A DNA stretch of 64,000 bases from Flavobacterium sp. (GTDB lineage: Bacteria; Bacteroidota; Bacteroidia; Flavobacteriales; Flavobacteriaceae), in the NCBI RefSeq assembly GCF_024710485.1, contig NZ_JANJUQ010000015.1, forward strand, positions 15,614 through 79,613, written 5' to 3'. The notes beneath the pieces are model-generated. The model saw nothing but the letters and a program-made list of their open reading frames with translations. It ran no database searches and was not told the origin of the DNA. A program made the translations under genes and the position numbers. This document shows, piece by piece, positions 44,014-54,327 of the stretch (the first letter of the stretch is position 1; every line of letters starts with the position of its first letter).

Positions 44014-46110
44014 ATGGCAGTTTTATCAAAAATTAGAAATCGCTCAGGATTACTTTTATTGGCAATTGGATTTGCGCTATTCGCATTTATTATAGGTGAA
44101 GCTATTCAAAGCGGCGGATTTAACAGACAACCAAGAGAAGTTGGTAGCGTTAATGGAAAGGATATAGCTTACGAAGAATTCAGACTTAAAGTAGCCGATC
44201 TTGAAAAAAACAATCAAAGCGGTCAACCTATGACGGCTATTCAAGCTTCTAACCAAATTTGGAACCAAGAAGTGAATATTGCTTTGGTAGCTGCAGAATT
44301 TGAAAAACTAGGATTGCGTGTAGGTAAAAAACATATCATGGAAGTTTTCAAAGCAGACCCGAATATTGGTCAAAACCCAGCGTTCCAAAATGCAGCCGGT
44401 AAATTCGACGAGAAAAAATTTGAAGATTATTTCAAAGCCAACCCTGAAGGAATGGCAGCTTTCACAGAAAGAGAGAGAAATGCTGAATTGAATGCCAAAT
44501 TCCAAATCTATAATTCATTAGTAAAAGGCGCTTTATTTACTACCGATGCCGAAGGTAAATTCAAGTACGAATCAGAAATGAACAAAGTTTCTTTCGACTT
44601 TGTAACTGTACCTTATTCTTCTATCAAAGACAGTGATGTTAAAATCACAGATGAAGACATTGTGGCTTACATGAAAACCAAAGAAAAGAAATTCAAAGCG
44701 GAAGAATCACGCGAAATTGAATACGTTTTAATCGAAGATAAGCCTTCTAACGAAGACGAAGCGGAAATCAAAAACAAAATCAACGGTTTGTTATCTACTC
44801 GTATCGAATACAGAGACGGTAAAAACGATACTATTCCTGGTTTCAAAGCAGCCACTAACAATGCTGAGTTTGTAAACATGAACTCTGATATTCCATTTGA
44901 TTCCACTTACATCGCTAAGCAAGATTTACCGGCAGAACACGCTGATAAATTATTTGCTTTAGCTACAGGTGAAGTATACGGACCATACCAATTCAGCAAC
45001 TACTACTGCATTTCAAAAGCTTTAGGCAGAAAAGCAGGTGCTAAAGCCAAAGCCAGTCACATCTTAATTAGCTGGGAAGGTACTCAGGTTCCAAACAAAA
45101 AAGAAAAAAGAACTAAAGAGCAAGCAAAAGCTAAAGCCGAAGGTTTGTTAGCGCAAGCACAAGCCAATCCTTCAATGTTTATGATGTTGGCCATGACCAA
45201 CTCGGATGACTCCTCAGCACAACAAGGTGGTGACTTAGGGTTTTTCTCTCCGGGTCAAATGGTAAAACCATTTAACGATTTTGTCTTCAACAATCCAATC
45301 GGAAAAATCGGTTTAGTAGAAACTGAATTCGGTTACCACGTTATCAATGTAACAGACAAACAAGACGCCATTCGTTTAGCAACTATCGCACAAAAAATCG
45401 AACCGTCTGAAGCTACTACAGATAAAATCTACACCCAAGCTACTAAGTTTGAAATGGAAGCCGCTAATAAAGATTTCGCGGCATTAGCTAAAGAAATGAA
45501 ATTAACGGTTAGTCCTTCTGTAAGAGTAAAAGCTATCGATGAAAGCTTTGGTCCTATCAGCAACCAAAGACAAATCGTAAAATGGGCTTTTGACAAAGAA
45601 ACTGACATCAACAGCGTAAAACGTTTTGAAGTAGTTAATGTAGGTCACATCGTTGTGAAATTGAAAAAAATTAACGAAAAAGGCTTAATGGCTGTTGAAG
45701 ATGCTCGTCCTCAAGTAGAATTCATCTTGAAAAACAAGAAAAAAGCAGAAATGATTAAAGCCAAAATGAACGGAAGCTCATTGAGCGCTATCGCTGCTTC
45801 AAATAAAGTAGGGGTTTTAAACGCCACTGATTTAACTATCGAGAGTCCATCGGTACCTGGTGCAGGTTTTGAACCTAAAGTAGTAGGAACTGCTTTCGCT
45901 ACTAAAACCGGTCAAATTTCTAAACCAATCGACGGTAATTCGGGTGTATATGTTGTAATGCCTAAAGCGGTTACTAAAGCTCCGGCTATCAAAGATTACA
46001 AAGAATATGTAGCCAAACTAAAGCCACAAGTTACAGGCAATGCCGGCAGATTCATGCAAGCATTGAAAAACGATGCTGATATCGTTGATAACAGAGCTAC
46101 TTTCTATTAA
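44014..46110 (+). CDS. periplasmic chaperone / parvulin-type peptidyl-prolyl isomerase (PpiD-like)
   Basis: 698 aa. N-terminal anchor (LLLLAIGFALFAFIIG), a SurA-N-like region, and a parvulin core ASHILISW...GGDLGFFSPGQMVKPFNDFVF...GYHVINV. Confidence 0.85.
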   Translation: MAVLSKIRNRSGLLLLAIGFALFAFIIGEAIQSGGFNRQPREVGSVNGKDIAYEEFRLKVADLEKNNQSGQPMTAIQASNQIWNQEVNIALVAAEFEKLGLRVGKKHIMEVFKADPNIGQNPAFQNAAGKFDEKKFEDYFKANPEGMAAFTERERNAELNAKFQIYNSLVKGALFTTDAEGKFKYESEMNKVSFDFVTVPYSSIKDSDVKITDEDIVAYMKTKEKKFKAEESREIEYVLIEDKPSNEDEAEIKNKINGLLSTRIEYRDGKNDTIPGFKAATNNAEFVNMNSDIPFDSTYIAKQDLPAEHADKLFALATGEVYGPYQFSNYYCISKALGRKAGAKAKASHILISWEGTQVPNKKEKRTKEQAKAKAEGLLAQAQANPSMFMMLAMTNSDDSSAQQGGDLGFFSPGQMVKPFNDFVFNNPIGKIGLVETEFGYHVINVTDKQDAIRLATIAQKIEPSEATTDKIYTQATKFEMEAANKDFAALAKEMKLTVSPSVRVKAIDESFGPISNQRQIVKWAFDKETDINSVKRFEVVNVGHIVVKLKKINEKGLMAVEDARPQVEFILKNKKKAEMIKAKMNGSSLSAIAASNKVGVLNATDLTIESPSVPGAGFEPKVVGTAFATKTGQISKPIDGNSGVYVVMPKAVTKAPAIKDYKEYVAKLKPQVTGNAGRFMQALKNDADIVDNRATFY

Positions 46111-46130
46111 TAGAAAAAGTATAATGAAAT

Positions 46131-46160
46131 AAAAAACCTGTCTAAAAGACAGGTTTTTTT
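46131..46160. terminator. bidirectional rho-independent terminator
   Basis: AAAACCTGTCT-AAA-AGACAGGTTTTTTT between a convergent gene pair. Confidence 0.8.
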
Positions 46161-47082
46161 ATAATATCATTTCACTGTAAGGAATAATTGTTTCAAATCC
46201 TTTAGCCTTAAAATAATCGGTTGGATTTTCCTTGGATATGGCCAAGACAAAATCGCCTCCCCAAGCACCTAAACTCTTAACCACACCATCAAAATCATGA
46301 AAAAGAGTTTCTTTTATAGTGCTTAATTCTAAGATATTGCTGAGTTCAATTTCGTGCTGTAACAAAGCTAAAGCAAAAGCCTTAGGATGAGTAGCCTCAA
46401 TAACCGTTTGTGTGATTTCATTAATCACCGGAATCGCCTTTTGGATATTTCCTAAATTATTATAATAAGAAGCAATTGCTCTTTTACTGCTTTGTTTTTT
46501 ATTGAGATAGACAAAGAAAATCTTATCAGTGAAATCGGGATTAAAGTGCACTATTTCCACGGTAGGCTTTTCGTTGACCAATTGGTAAATAATACCCGTG
46601 TTGTTTTGCGCACAAGCAATGTCGTAACCGCTGCCGCCGAAACTTCTTCGCAACAATTCGAAAGCATCTATTTGCAGCCATTGCGCAATATTGTTAATTA
46701 ATGTAGATGACGTACCTAATCCCCATAATCTGGGAAAAGTTAAGTTTGTCGTAATGGTATAGCCTTTCCCGTCCTTGATAAAATCTGCATTCATCAGATA
46801 GGCTTCGTGCAAGATTTCGATTAAAGTATTTTTAACGCTTTTATCATCCTCAAAACGCTCTTTACTGACAATAGATTCGACAGCAATAGTATCTTCAAAC
46901 CAAATGCTTTTATCATGGTCAAAACTGGTCCAACGCAGTAAACCATCGTTCGTTTCCTCAACGATTAAATCCTGACCGTATTGGGTTGGTAAGGCGAATG
47001 CTTTGGCACCGTCGAGCACCAAATACTCACCGGTAATAAGCAATTTTCCATTGCTATAAAAAGTTTGTTTCATGCCTTCCAA
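46159..47082 (-). CDS. GHMP-family kinase of the GYDIA type (mevalonate-pathway associated)
   Basis: N-terminal GKLLITGEYLVLDGA (typical of mevalonate-branch GHMP kinases), GLGTSST (ATP loop), and the literal motif GGSGYDIA. It lies directly downstream of HMG-CoA reductase. Confidence 0.8.
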   Translation of the reverse strand: MEGMKQTFYSNGKLLITGEYLVLDGAKAFALPTQYGQDLIVEETNDGLLRWTSFDHDKSIWFEDTIAVESIVSKERFEDDKSVKNTLIEILHEAYLMNADFIKDGKGYTITTNLTFPRLWGLGTSSTLINNIAQWLQIDAFELLRRSFGGSGYDIACAQNNTGIIYQLVNEKPTVEIVHFNPDFTDKIFFVYLNKKQSSKRAIASYYNNLGNIQKAIPVINEITQTVIEATHPKAFALALLQHEIELSNILELSTIKETLFHDFDGVVKSLGAWGGDFVLAISKENPTDYFKAKGFETIIPYSEMIL

Positions 47083-47097
47083 GGTTTGTAAAGCAAT

Positions 47098-48414
47098 TTA
47101 TTTTCTTAAGCTTTCAATCAATGCCACTACTGAGGCGTGTGTAACAGTACTATTTTGGAAATGTGCTGTAATGGCTTTTCGTTCTTCAGCCGTGGCCTGG
47201 TATTGGTTTAAAATATTATTGAGGTGCATTTTCATGTGTCCTTCCTGAATTCCGGTAGTAGTTAACGAACGTAAAGCCGCAAAATTTTGGGCCAATCCGG
47301 TCACTGCTACTATCTGCATCAGTTCTTGTGCAGAAGGCTTCCCTAAAATTTCCAGCGCCATTTTCACCAACGGATGTAAAGAAGTCAAGCCGCCAACGGT
47401 GCCCAATGCCAACGGAACTTCCATCCAAAAAGTAAAGATTCCGTTTTCTATCTTGGCATGAGACAAACTCGAATACTGACCGTTTCTCGAGGCATAAGCA
47501 TGCACTCCGGCTTCTACCGCACGGAAATCGTTACCGGTAGCTAAGACAACCGCATCGATACCATTCATGATGCCTTTGTTGTGTGTTACCGCTCGGAAGG
47601 GCTCTATTTCGGCGATGCGAACGGCTTGCACAAATTTCTCGGCAAACTCTTGCGGGTTTTCGATTTTCTTTTCAGCTAAATCTTCTACTTTACAGGAAAC
47701 TTCGGCTCTTACTAAACAATTCGGCACATAATTCGACAAGATGCTCATCACTACCGTAATGTCTTTCTCTATCTCAGAAAAACTATCATAATTTTTCGCT
47801 TCTTCTTTTAAAGTCTTCGCCAATTGCTCCAAACACGAATTGATGAAATTCGCGCCCATACTGTCTTTGGTTTCGAAAGTGACATGCAATTGGTAATAGT
47901 TGGCTAAATCGGCTGTCTTGTCGCGTAAAGTAAGAGATACAATACCGCCGCCGCGTTTCTGCATATTCTTCGTGATGCTCTCAGTCGAATCGAGTAAAAC
48001 TGGTTTAACTGCATTGAAAAAAGTTTGCAATTTCTCGCCATCACCTTGGAATAAAAAGTGCACCTGACCTATTTTCTCGGTATTTAGAACTGTCGCTTTG
48101 AATCCGCCGCGTGTACTCCAAAACTTAGCCGATTTCGCTGCTGCTGCCACCACAGAGCTTTCTTCAATCACCATAGGTACCGAGTGGTATTTGCCGTTGA
48201 TTAAAAAGTTGGGCGCAATGCCCATAGGCAAATAGAAATTGGTAATGGTGTTTTCTATGAACTCATCGTGCAATTGTTGGAGCTTTTCATCGCTGTTCCA
48301 ATATTGTTTGATGGTATTAGTGGCTTCGGATGGATTACTGAAATATTCATTGGTCAACCATTGAATTTTTTCTTCTTTGGATAATTTAGAAAAACCGGCA
48401 ACTGCATTATTCAT
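47098..48414 (-). CDS. hydroxymethylglutaryl-CoA reductase, class II
   Basis: 438 aa. EESSVVAAA, KDSMGANFIN, ATGNDFRA, LALGTVGG. A TATATTTG -7-like box lies on the minus strand at 48450-48443. Confidence 0.92.
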   Translation of the reverse strand: MNNAVAGFSKLSKEEKIQWLTNEYFSNPSEATNTIKQYWNSDEKLQQLHDEFIENTITNFYLPMGIAPNFLINGKYHSVPMVIEESSVVAAAAKSAKFWSTRGGFKATVLNTEKIGQVHFLFQGDGEKLQTFFNAVKPVLLDSTESITKNMQKRGGGIVSLTLRDKTADLANYYQLHVTFETKDSMGANFINSCLEQLAKTLKEEAKNYDSFSEIEKDITVVMSILSNYVPNCLVRAEVSCKVEDLAEKKIENPQEFAEKFVQAVRIAEIEPFRAVTHNKGIMNGIDAVVLATGNDFRAVEAGVHAYASRNGQYSSLSHAKIENGIFTFWMEVPLALGTVGGLTSLHPLVKMALEILGKPSAQELMQIVAVTGLAQNFAALRSLTTTGIQEGHMKMHLNNILNQYQATAEERKAITAHFQNSTVTHASVVALIESLRK

Positions 48415-48490
48415 AGCAAAATAGTAATAGATTAACGGACTACAAATATAGGCTATAGCCGTTGAATTTTAGCGGAAAAAAAAGCTGAAA

Positions 48491-51271
48491 TTATTGCGCT
48501 TTGGCAGGTTCAGAAATGGGTTGCGGTACTTCGCCTTCGTATTCGGTTTCTTGTAAATCTTCGGTTTGTTTGCCCAATCTTACTTTTGGGTTTTCTTGGG
48601 TTCCGGTAACTGTAATCGGAATACCAATAATCCCGAAAGGCGGCAATCCTAATCGCATTTTGATGTTCAACTTGCCGTCGAAACTGGTTTGTCCTTCAAT
48701 TCTTGGGCGGAAACCGGCTACTTTAAACTTAAAACGTTCGATATTGATGATATTATTCTTAATAGTGGTTTTGATATCAACCTGCGACAAATCCGGATTT
48801 TTGATGGCTTCTCTGCCGGTTTTTTTACTAACAGCACCAAAGAGTTTAAAGCCTTTCATTTTGACTTTTTTCACCGACAAAACGCCGCCTCCTGTTAAAG
48901 ATGGATAAATCGGCGCCATATTCGCATCAAGTATACCGGCCACTTTATAATCTAACGAAATGATTCCCTCGGCACTTTCTGCAGCAGTAGCCATTTCGCG
49001 GAACATTTTGACTTCGTTGTAGGCGCGTTTCACATCGAATTCTTTAGCCAATACTTTAAAATCGAAGAAGGCTTTTTCAGGTGATTGACTTCCGTACACC
49101 AAATCCATTTTCACATTAGCGCCAACCAAATCAAAACCGGATTGTTTGAGTGTAAGTTGACCTTTGTTGATGTTGAGATTTCCGGTTAAATTTTCAATCG
49201 CTAAACCATCGAAATTGATTTTGTCAGCAGTGGCGTTGAACTGTAAGTCGAAGTTAGGCGGAATGACCACTACTCCATTTTCCAGCTTGGTTTCTGTTGG
49301 AGCACTTAATGGCGGATACACAACTGTAACTTCTTGTTTAGCCATAAACTCATCTACATTGATAAAATCAGAATGCAATTGGAAGTTGCCTTTGAGCACA
49401 GCTTTGTTGGTCAGCACAAAATCGATTACATTTTGGAGATAGCCGTTCATTGTAAAATCAGACTGACCGTAAGCAGCGAGGAAATCGTTAAAATTCATCT
49501 TATCTTGATAAAATTTGAACGTTCCTTCTTTGATAACAAATGGTTTCGGCAAGTATTCCGAAGTGGTTTTGATGTTTTTGAGCACCAAAGTACCTTGGTT
49601 TTGCAATTTGTTGTAGTGACCGTTCATGGCATCGTCTTGCGAACCTTTGAAAGCGACATCCGCCTTGACAAAGCCTTTCACATCCAGACCTTTTTGGGAG
49701 AAAACACTATAGATTCTGCCCAAATCCAATTCGCCTTTGGCTTTGATATCGTAACGGATGTTATTGAAATTTTGCAACTTGGCGTTCACAAAAACAGGCT
49801 TCCCTTCAAACACAAATGATGCCGGCGTAATGTTGATTTTTAAATCGTCCAAAGAACCTTTTCGATCTAAAATCGACGCCATCAAATTGATGTTTTGTAT
49901 CGGATTCGGATAGTAATCAGTTTTTACGTAACCGTTTTTGAAATTGATTTTACCTTCGGTAACCGGAATTTTATTGTTCTTTTGGTCGTATACACCTTTC
50001 GATTTTAGGCCGATAATCAAAACGCCGCGCAAATCCATATTTTGCAATCCGAAAGCTTTATCCATCAAGGCTAAGTCGATTTTAGATTTGATTCTGGCGT
50101 CAATAGTCGGTTTCGATAAACCTTGCGTTTTGATAATGGCCTTGACGTAATCTTTATCGACATTAAAGAAAATGGAATCGATATTGACTTTGAGTTGTTC
50201 CGTGTCTAAAGCCGGCAATTGGGTATCGAAATTCAGAAAGATATTCGACACCGGAAACGGCGCGTCTTTGTAAGCAATAAGACCATCGCGAATTTTCATA
50301 TTGAACGCTAAATCGGGCTTCTGATTCTTAGAGGCAATGTATTTGCCTTTTAGGGTAAACAACAAATCGGTGCGGCCTTTGACTTTGGTTTTTTCGAGCC
50401 AAGTAACGTAGGCCGGCGGCAAAGCGGTGAAGAAATCGTTGAGTTTGCTATTTTCGGATTTGATGTTAAAATCCATATCGTAACCATTGCTTAGGAAATC
50501 GAATTTTCCGCTAAACTCCACCGGAAGTTTATTGATTTTTAAGTTGTTTTGTTGGAAGACAAACGCCAGGGAATTGGTATTGATTTTCGTAATCAAATCT
50601 GCATTAACACTTTTGTTAGTCAGGTATTGCTGACCGTCGTAGGTAAAATCGAAATCGGCTATTTCCGCTTCGGTATAAATATCGAAAATGGCTTGGTCTA
50701 AGTCGCCATTTCCTATATAATTAAACCCTTTAGCATCGATTAGCATTTTGGTAGATTGGTCGTTGTACACCAAATGAGTATTTTCGATGGCAATCTTATC
50801 CAAGCGCAATGAAGTATTGCTGGTAGTATCTTTAGCAGTGGCTTTTTCGTCGGAGATATAAACGTTGTAATTCGCTTGGCCTTTGGCATTGACTTTAACA
50901 TTGATGAATGCATTGGAGACAAAAATCTTATCGATTACCACGCTATTATCGAAAACCAAGGCACTTATATCAATTCCGAAAGCCATCTCATTGGCCGAAA
51001 CCAAAGTTTCCTTTTGATAAGGCGCAGAACCTTTTAAAGAAAAGTCAGTTAAGGTTAACGTCAGCGACGGAAAATGGTTGAAAAACGAAAGATTAGCTTC
51101 TTTGAAATTGAGTTCGCCGTTTAGTTTTTTATTGGCGAAAGCCTTCACCTCTTCGGCTATTTTACCCGGGAAGAGAATCGGAATCAAAAACATCAAGAGA
51201 AGAATGGAACCGAAAGTGATACCGGAAAACTTTAAAATCCTGATTATTATTGACTTTGAAGGTTTTTTCAT
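48491..51271 (-). CDS. AsmA-family outer-membrane biogenesis protein
   Basis: 926 aa. It has a single N-terminal TM anchor (ITFGSILLLMFLIPILF), then a long beta-rich body with repetitive L.G.L.F / D...K.. strands, typical of AsmA-like proteins. Confidence 0.7.
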   Translation of the reverse strand: MKKPSKSIIIRILKFSGITFGSILLLMFLIPILFPGKIAEEVKAFANKKLNGELNFKEANLSFFNHFPSLTLTLTDFSLKGSAPYQKETLVSANEMAFGIDISALVFDNSVVIDKIFVSNAFINVKVNAKGQANYNVYISDEKATAKDTTSNTSLRLDKIAIENTHLVYNDQSTKMLIDAKGFNYIGNGDLDQAIFDIYTEAEIADFDFTYDGQQYLTNKSVNADLITKINTNSLAFVFQQNNLKINKLPVEFSGKFDFLSNGYDMDFNIKSENSKLNDFFTALPPAYVTWLEKTKVKGRTDLLFTLKGKYIASKNQKPDLAFNMKIRDGLIAYKDAPFPVSNIFLNFDTQLPALDTEQLKVNIDSIFFNVDKDYVKAIIKTQGLSKPTIDARIKSKIDLALMDKAFGLQNMDLRGVLIIGLKSKGVYDQKNNKIPVTEGKINFKNGYVKTDYYPNPIQNINLMASILDRKGSLDDLKINITPASFVFEGKPVFVNAKLQNFNNIRYDIKAKGELDLGRIYSVFSQKGLDVKGFVKADVAFKGSQDDAMNGHYNKLQNQGTLVLKNIKTTSEYLPKPFVIKEGTFKFYQDKMNFNDFLAAYGQSDFTMNGYLQNVIDFVLTNKAVLKGNFQLHSDFINVDEFMAKQEVTVVYPPLSAPTETKLENGVVVIPPNFDLQFNATADKINFDGLAIENLTGNLNINKGQLTLKQSGFDLVGANVKMDLVYGSQSPEKAFFDFKVLAKEFDVKRAYNEVKMFREMATAAESAEGIISLDYKVAGILDANMAPIYPSLTGGGVLSVKKVKMKGFKLFGAVSKKTGREAIKNPDLSQVDIKTTIKNNIINIERFKFKVAGFRPRIEGQTSFDGKLNIKMRLGLPPFGIIGIPITVTGTQENPKVRLGKQTEDLQETEYEGEVPQPISEPAKAQ

Positions 51272-51324
51272 GCATCAAAAATACAATTCCGAGAAGAGAC
51301 TAAAAAATTTAAGGTGAAAATTTT

Positions 51325-51363
51325 TATAAAAAACAAGAGCCGCATTCTAAAATGCGGCTCTTG
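51325..51363 (-). terminator. rho-independent terminator after the GH13 gene
   Basis: CAAGAGCCGCAT (51334-51345) pairs with ATGCGGCTCTTG (51352-51363). On the minus strand it is followed by TTTTTTAT. Confidence 0.8.
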
Positions 51364-51391
51364 TCAAATAATTATAATAACTAAATCTAAC

Positions 51392-54268
51392 TTATTGTTT
51401 AATCAATTTCATCGTTGACGAATTGTTGTTACTGTCGAAAGCCTTCACTAAGTAAACACCTCGATTCAATTCATTGATATCAAATTGATAATCTTCACCG
51501 GTAATGTTTTCAAACGATTTCACTCTTTGACCTGTAATCGAGTAAACTTCAACTTTAGACACTTGTCCTTTGATATTGAAACTGCCTGTGGTTGGATTAG
51601 GATACAAACCAAATCCATTGATAGTATTTTGGCTAACATCTAAAGTACTTTGTTGGTTACCAAAAATTCTGAAACCACCCGGTTCAATGGATACGTTTTG
51701 ACTGGTACTGGACACATTGAAAACGGTATTATCCATTAAATTCACCCAATTGCCCGTAAAAGGAAATCCTCCCGGGGCATTATAGGTATTGTCTGAGAAA
51801 TTGGTAAGTACAAACACGTAACTCAAAGAAGCCGTTGGTGATGTAGAAGTCCAAACGTCTAGTCGTGGACTTCCTGTTTGGCTTAAATTCCAAGCATACT
51901 GTCCGTTTTGGAAAACGTCTTCGGCGATTCTTAAGTCGATTTGGCGAGCCCATTGATTGTAAACGTTAGCTCTTGCTGCGTTTTGCAACCAATTTTCTGT
52001 CCATTGGTATTGTGGTTTAGTGTCTAGTTTACAATCCGGTGATGAGAAAGAGACATTTCCGTTGTTGCATGTCCACAACGACTTATCCCAACCCAATTCA
52101 CCGAAGTGCCACATCATTTTTGGTCCTGGAACCATAAACAATACTGCGCCCATAGCCGGTAATCTTTGCAATACTTTTGATAAATTACCTTGTGTTTGAC
52201 CGGCTTCGGTTAAGGCTTTATAAACTACTCTCTCTTCGTCATGACTCTCAGCATAACCAATAAAACGATAGTTACTAGCATCAGACACACCTGAAAGATC
52301 AGCATAATTCCCTTTTAACAAATTAGCATAAGGATCGGTCATCTTTCTCCACTGCATGATTCCTTTGCTATCGCCGTTACGTTGGTAGTTGGCCCATTCT
52401 AACTCTTCTGCAGCAGAACCACCGGTTCCTAAATGTTCAAAAATCACTAATGAATTAGGATCTGCAGCCCATTGGTTGTCGGCATACCATTTCATTTTAG
52501 CAACTCTGTCGGTGCGATAACCATTGGTACAAGTCTCATCCATTGAGGTACATTGGTTAGTGAAACCTTTGGTTAAATCCCATCGGTAACCATCAATTTT
52601 GAATTCATTAATCCAATACTGGATGGTTCTTAAAGCATAAGTATTGGTCATATTTCCTCCGGGACCAGATTCTCTGAAGTGATTTAAGTCGCTACCAACA
52701 TTATAACTATGCAGCGCTACTTGGTTGATATATGGGTTTTCGGTAGTTGTTCTTGGTCCGCTTCCGTTAGCCCAACCATCGTTGTCTGAGTCTAACATCC
52801 ACATTCTTTCCAGCGGAGAACGTCCGAAAACATGGTTTAAGGCCAAGTCTAGAACTACTGCAATACCATTTTGGTGACACAAATCAACAAACTCTTTTAA
52901 TTTCACCGGTGGACCATATCGTTTGTCTAATGCCATGTGGAAAACGGTGTTATATCCCCAACTCATATTGCCTTCAAATTCCATTACAGGCATTAATTTG
53001 ATGGCATTGATGTTTAAGTTTTTGAAGTAATCAATTTTGTTGATTAAGTCTTGGAAAGTTCTGTTGGTATCAAAATCTCTGATTAAAACTTCATAAAAAA
53101 CTAAATCTTTTTTATTAGGTTTTACGAAATTTAAAGTCGCGCTACTCCAATTGTAAGCAAACAAACTATTTGGGCCGGTTTGTAATACGGTTACCTCTCT
53201 TTCTTGGTTAGGCGCGATGGTATTATAGGCCGGTAATCCCGGGAATACCCCTAGAGAAATAATTTCAGGATCATCAAAAGGAGATAACACTAAAGTAGAG
53301 AACGGATCTGCGGTTTTCACAATAGCCGGTGAATTTACCGGTCTGTTGGTTTGGTCGCACACCCAATATTGATAAGCATAAATTTGACCCGGAGTTAAAC
53401 CGGTTAACTCGAGCCAATATTTGCCTGAAGTATTGTCGCGTTTCATGACATAAGAATTGTTAGGCTGCCAGTTATTGAAACTACCGGCCACATAAACAAA
53501 ATCCTTAAATGGTGCATTTAAAACTAAGGTTGCTTTGGTAGGATCTGAGGAATTGTAATTGATTCCATCAACTAATCCGGCCGGCATCGCTTGTATTTGG
53601 GTTGTTGCTATTATGATAGCATTAAATCTTGTTGTAAAGGTTGTGTTTCCTTGAGTTATTTGTAAAGTATATGCTTGATTTGAAGTTATTCCTGTATGGG
53701 TAAAAGAATAATTCGAAGTGTTTTGCGTATTGATGGTTGTTCCGTTAGCTATTAGCGTATAAGTAGCGGTACCGTTAGTGTTGTTAGCAGTTACTGTTAA
53801 ATTACCTCCACTAGCAATAAAATTATTACTGTTTACAGCGGGAGCTGTTAAGGTATATTGAAATGCTCCTACCGGAATGAAAATATCTGCTGTTTGTTGA
53901 GAAGCATCTTCACTTCTGAAAACAACACAAATTTGTGTTATAGAACTTGATGTTGACACACCAAAATAAGTAAATAAATCCGGACTAATAGTTAAACTAT
54001 AGGTATTGGAAGTAACTTGGGTCATTTGGGGCTGTATATTATTTCCCCAAACACTGCTTCCCTTAATGTTTTGCCACTGTACACCGTTAACTGTAACTCC
54101 AATGTAGGCATAAATAGTCCCTGTATAGTTGGCCAAAGGCGTTCCAGTTTTATTAAAAGTAATGGTAGCAGATTGAGTTGCTATTACTGGTGATGGAGAG
54201 GTAGTCACCTGAGCAAATGTACAAAGGCATCCCAAAAACATCAGAGCCAGAATAAGAGTCTTTTTCAT
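51392..54268 (-). CDS. GH13 alpha-amylase-family enzyme with N-terminal Ig/CBM-like domains and a T9SS C-terminal sorting domain
   Basis: GH13 regions VVLDLALNHV, GYRWDLTKG, VIFEHLG, GYAESHDEER. C-terminus LYPNPTTGSFNIKG...VEVYSITGQRV...GVYLVKAFD...MKLIKQ. The start is set at MKKTLILALMF (54268) because the longer track ORF runs through a terminator-like hairpin. Confidence 0.9.
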   Translation of the reverse strand: MKKTLILALMFLGCLCTFAQVTTSPSPVIATQSATITFNKTGTPLANYTGTIYAYIGVTVNGVQWQNIKGSSVWGNNIQPQMTQVTSNTYSLTISPDLFTYFGVSTSSSITQICVVFRSEDASQQTADIFIPVGAFQYTLTAPAVNSNNFIASGGNLTVTANNTNGTATYTLIANGTTINTQNTSNYSFTHTGITSNQAYTLQITQGNTTFTTRFNAIIIATTQIQAMPAGLVDGINYNSSDPTKATLVLNAPFKDFVYVAGSFNNWQPNNSYVMKRDNTSGKYWLELTGLTPGQIYAYQYWVCDQTNRPVNSPAIVKTADPFSTLVLSPFDDPEIISLGVFPGLPAYNTIAPNQEREVTVLQTGPNSLFAYNWSSATLNFVKPNKKDLVFYEVLIRDFDTNRTFQDLINKIDYFKNLNINAIKLMPVMEFEGNMSWGYNTVFHMALDKRYGPPVKLKEFVDLCHQNGIAVVLDLALNHVFGRSPLERMWMLDSDNDGWANGSGPRTTTENPYINQVALHSYNVGSDLNHFRESGPGGNMTNTYALRTIQYWINEFKIDGYRWDLTKGFTNQCTSMDETCTNGYRTDRVAKMKWYADNQWAADPNSLVIFEHLGTGGSAAEELEWANYQRNGDSKGIMQWRKMTDPYANLLKGNYADLSGVSDASNYRFIGYAESHDEERVVYKALTEAGQTQGNLSKVLQRLPAMGAVLFMVPGPKMMWHFGELGWDKSLWTCNNGNVSFSSPDCKLDTKPQYQWTENWLQNAARANVYNQWARQIDLRIAEDVFQNGQYAWNLSQTGSPRLDVWTSTSPTASLSYVFVLTNFSDNTYNAPGGFPFTGNWVNLMDNTVFNVSSTSQNVSIEPGGFRIFGNQQSTLDVSQNTINGFGLYPNPTTGSFNIKGQVSKVEVYSITGQRVKSFENITGEDYQFDINELNRGVYLVKAFDSNNNSSTMKLIKQ

Positions 54269-54284
54269 AACGCTATTTTTAAAA

Positions 54285-54312
54285 ACACAGACCAATTTGC
54301 ATTGGTCTGTGT
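54285..54312 (-). terminator. intra-locus terminator-like hairpin between the susE/F-like gene and the GH13 gene
   Basis: ACACAGACCAAT (54285-54296) pairs with ATTGGTCTGTGT (54301-54312), a 12-bp stem with a 4-nt loop. On the minus strand it is followed by TTTTTAAAAA. Confidence 0.65.
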
Positions 54313-54327
54313 TTATTGATTTTTATT

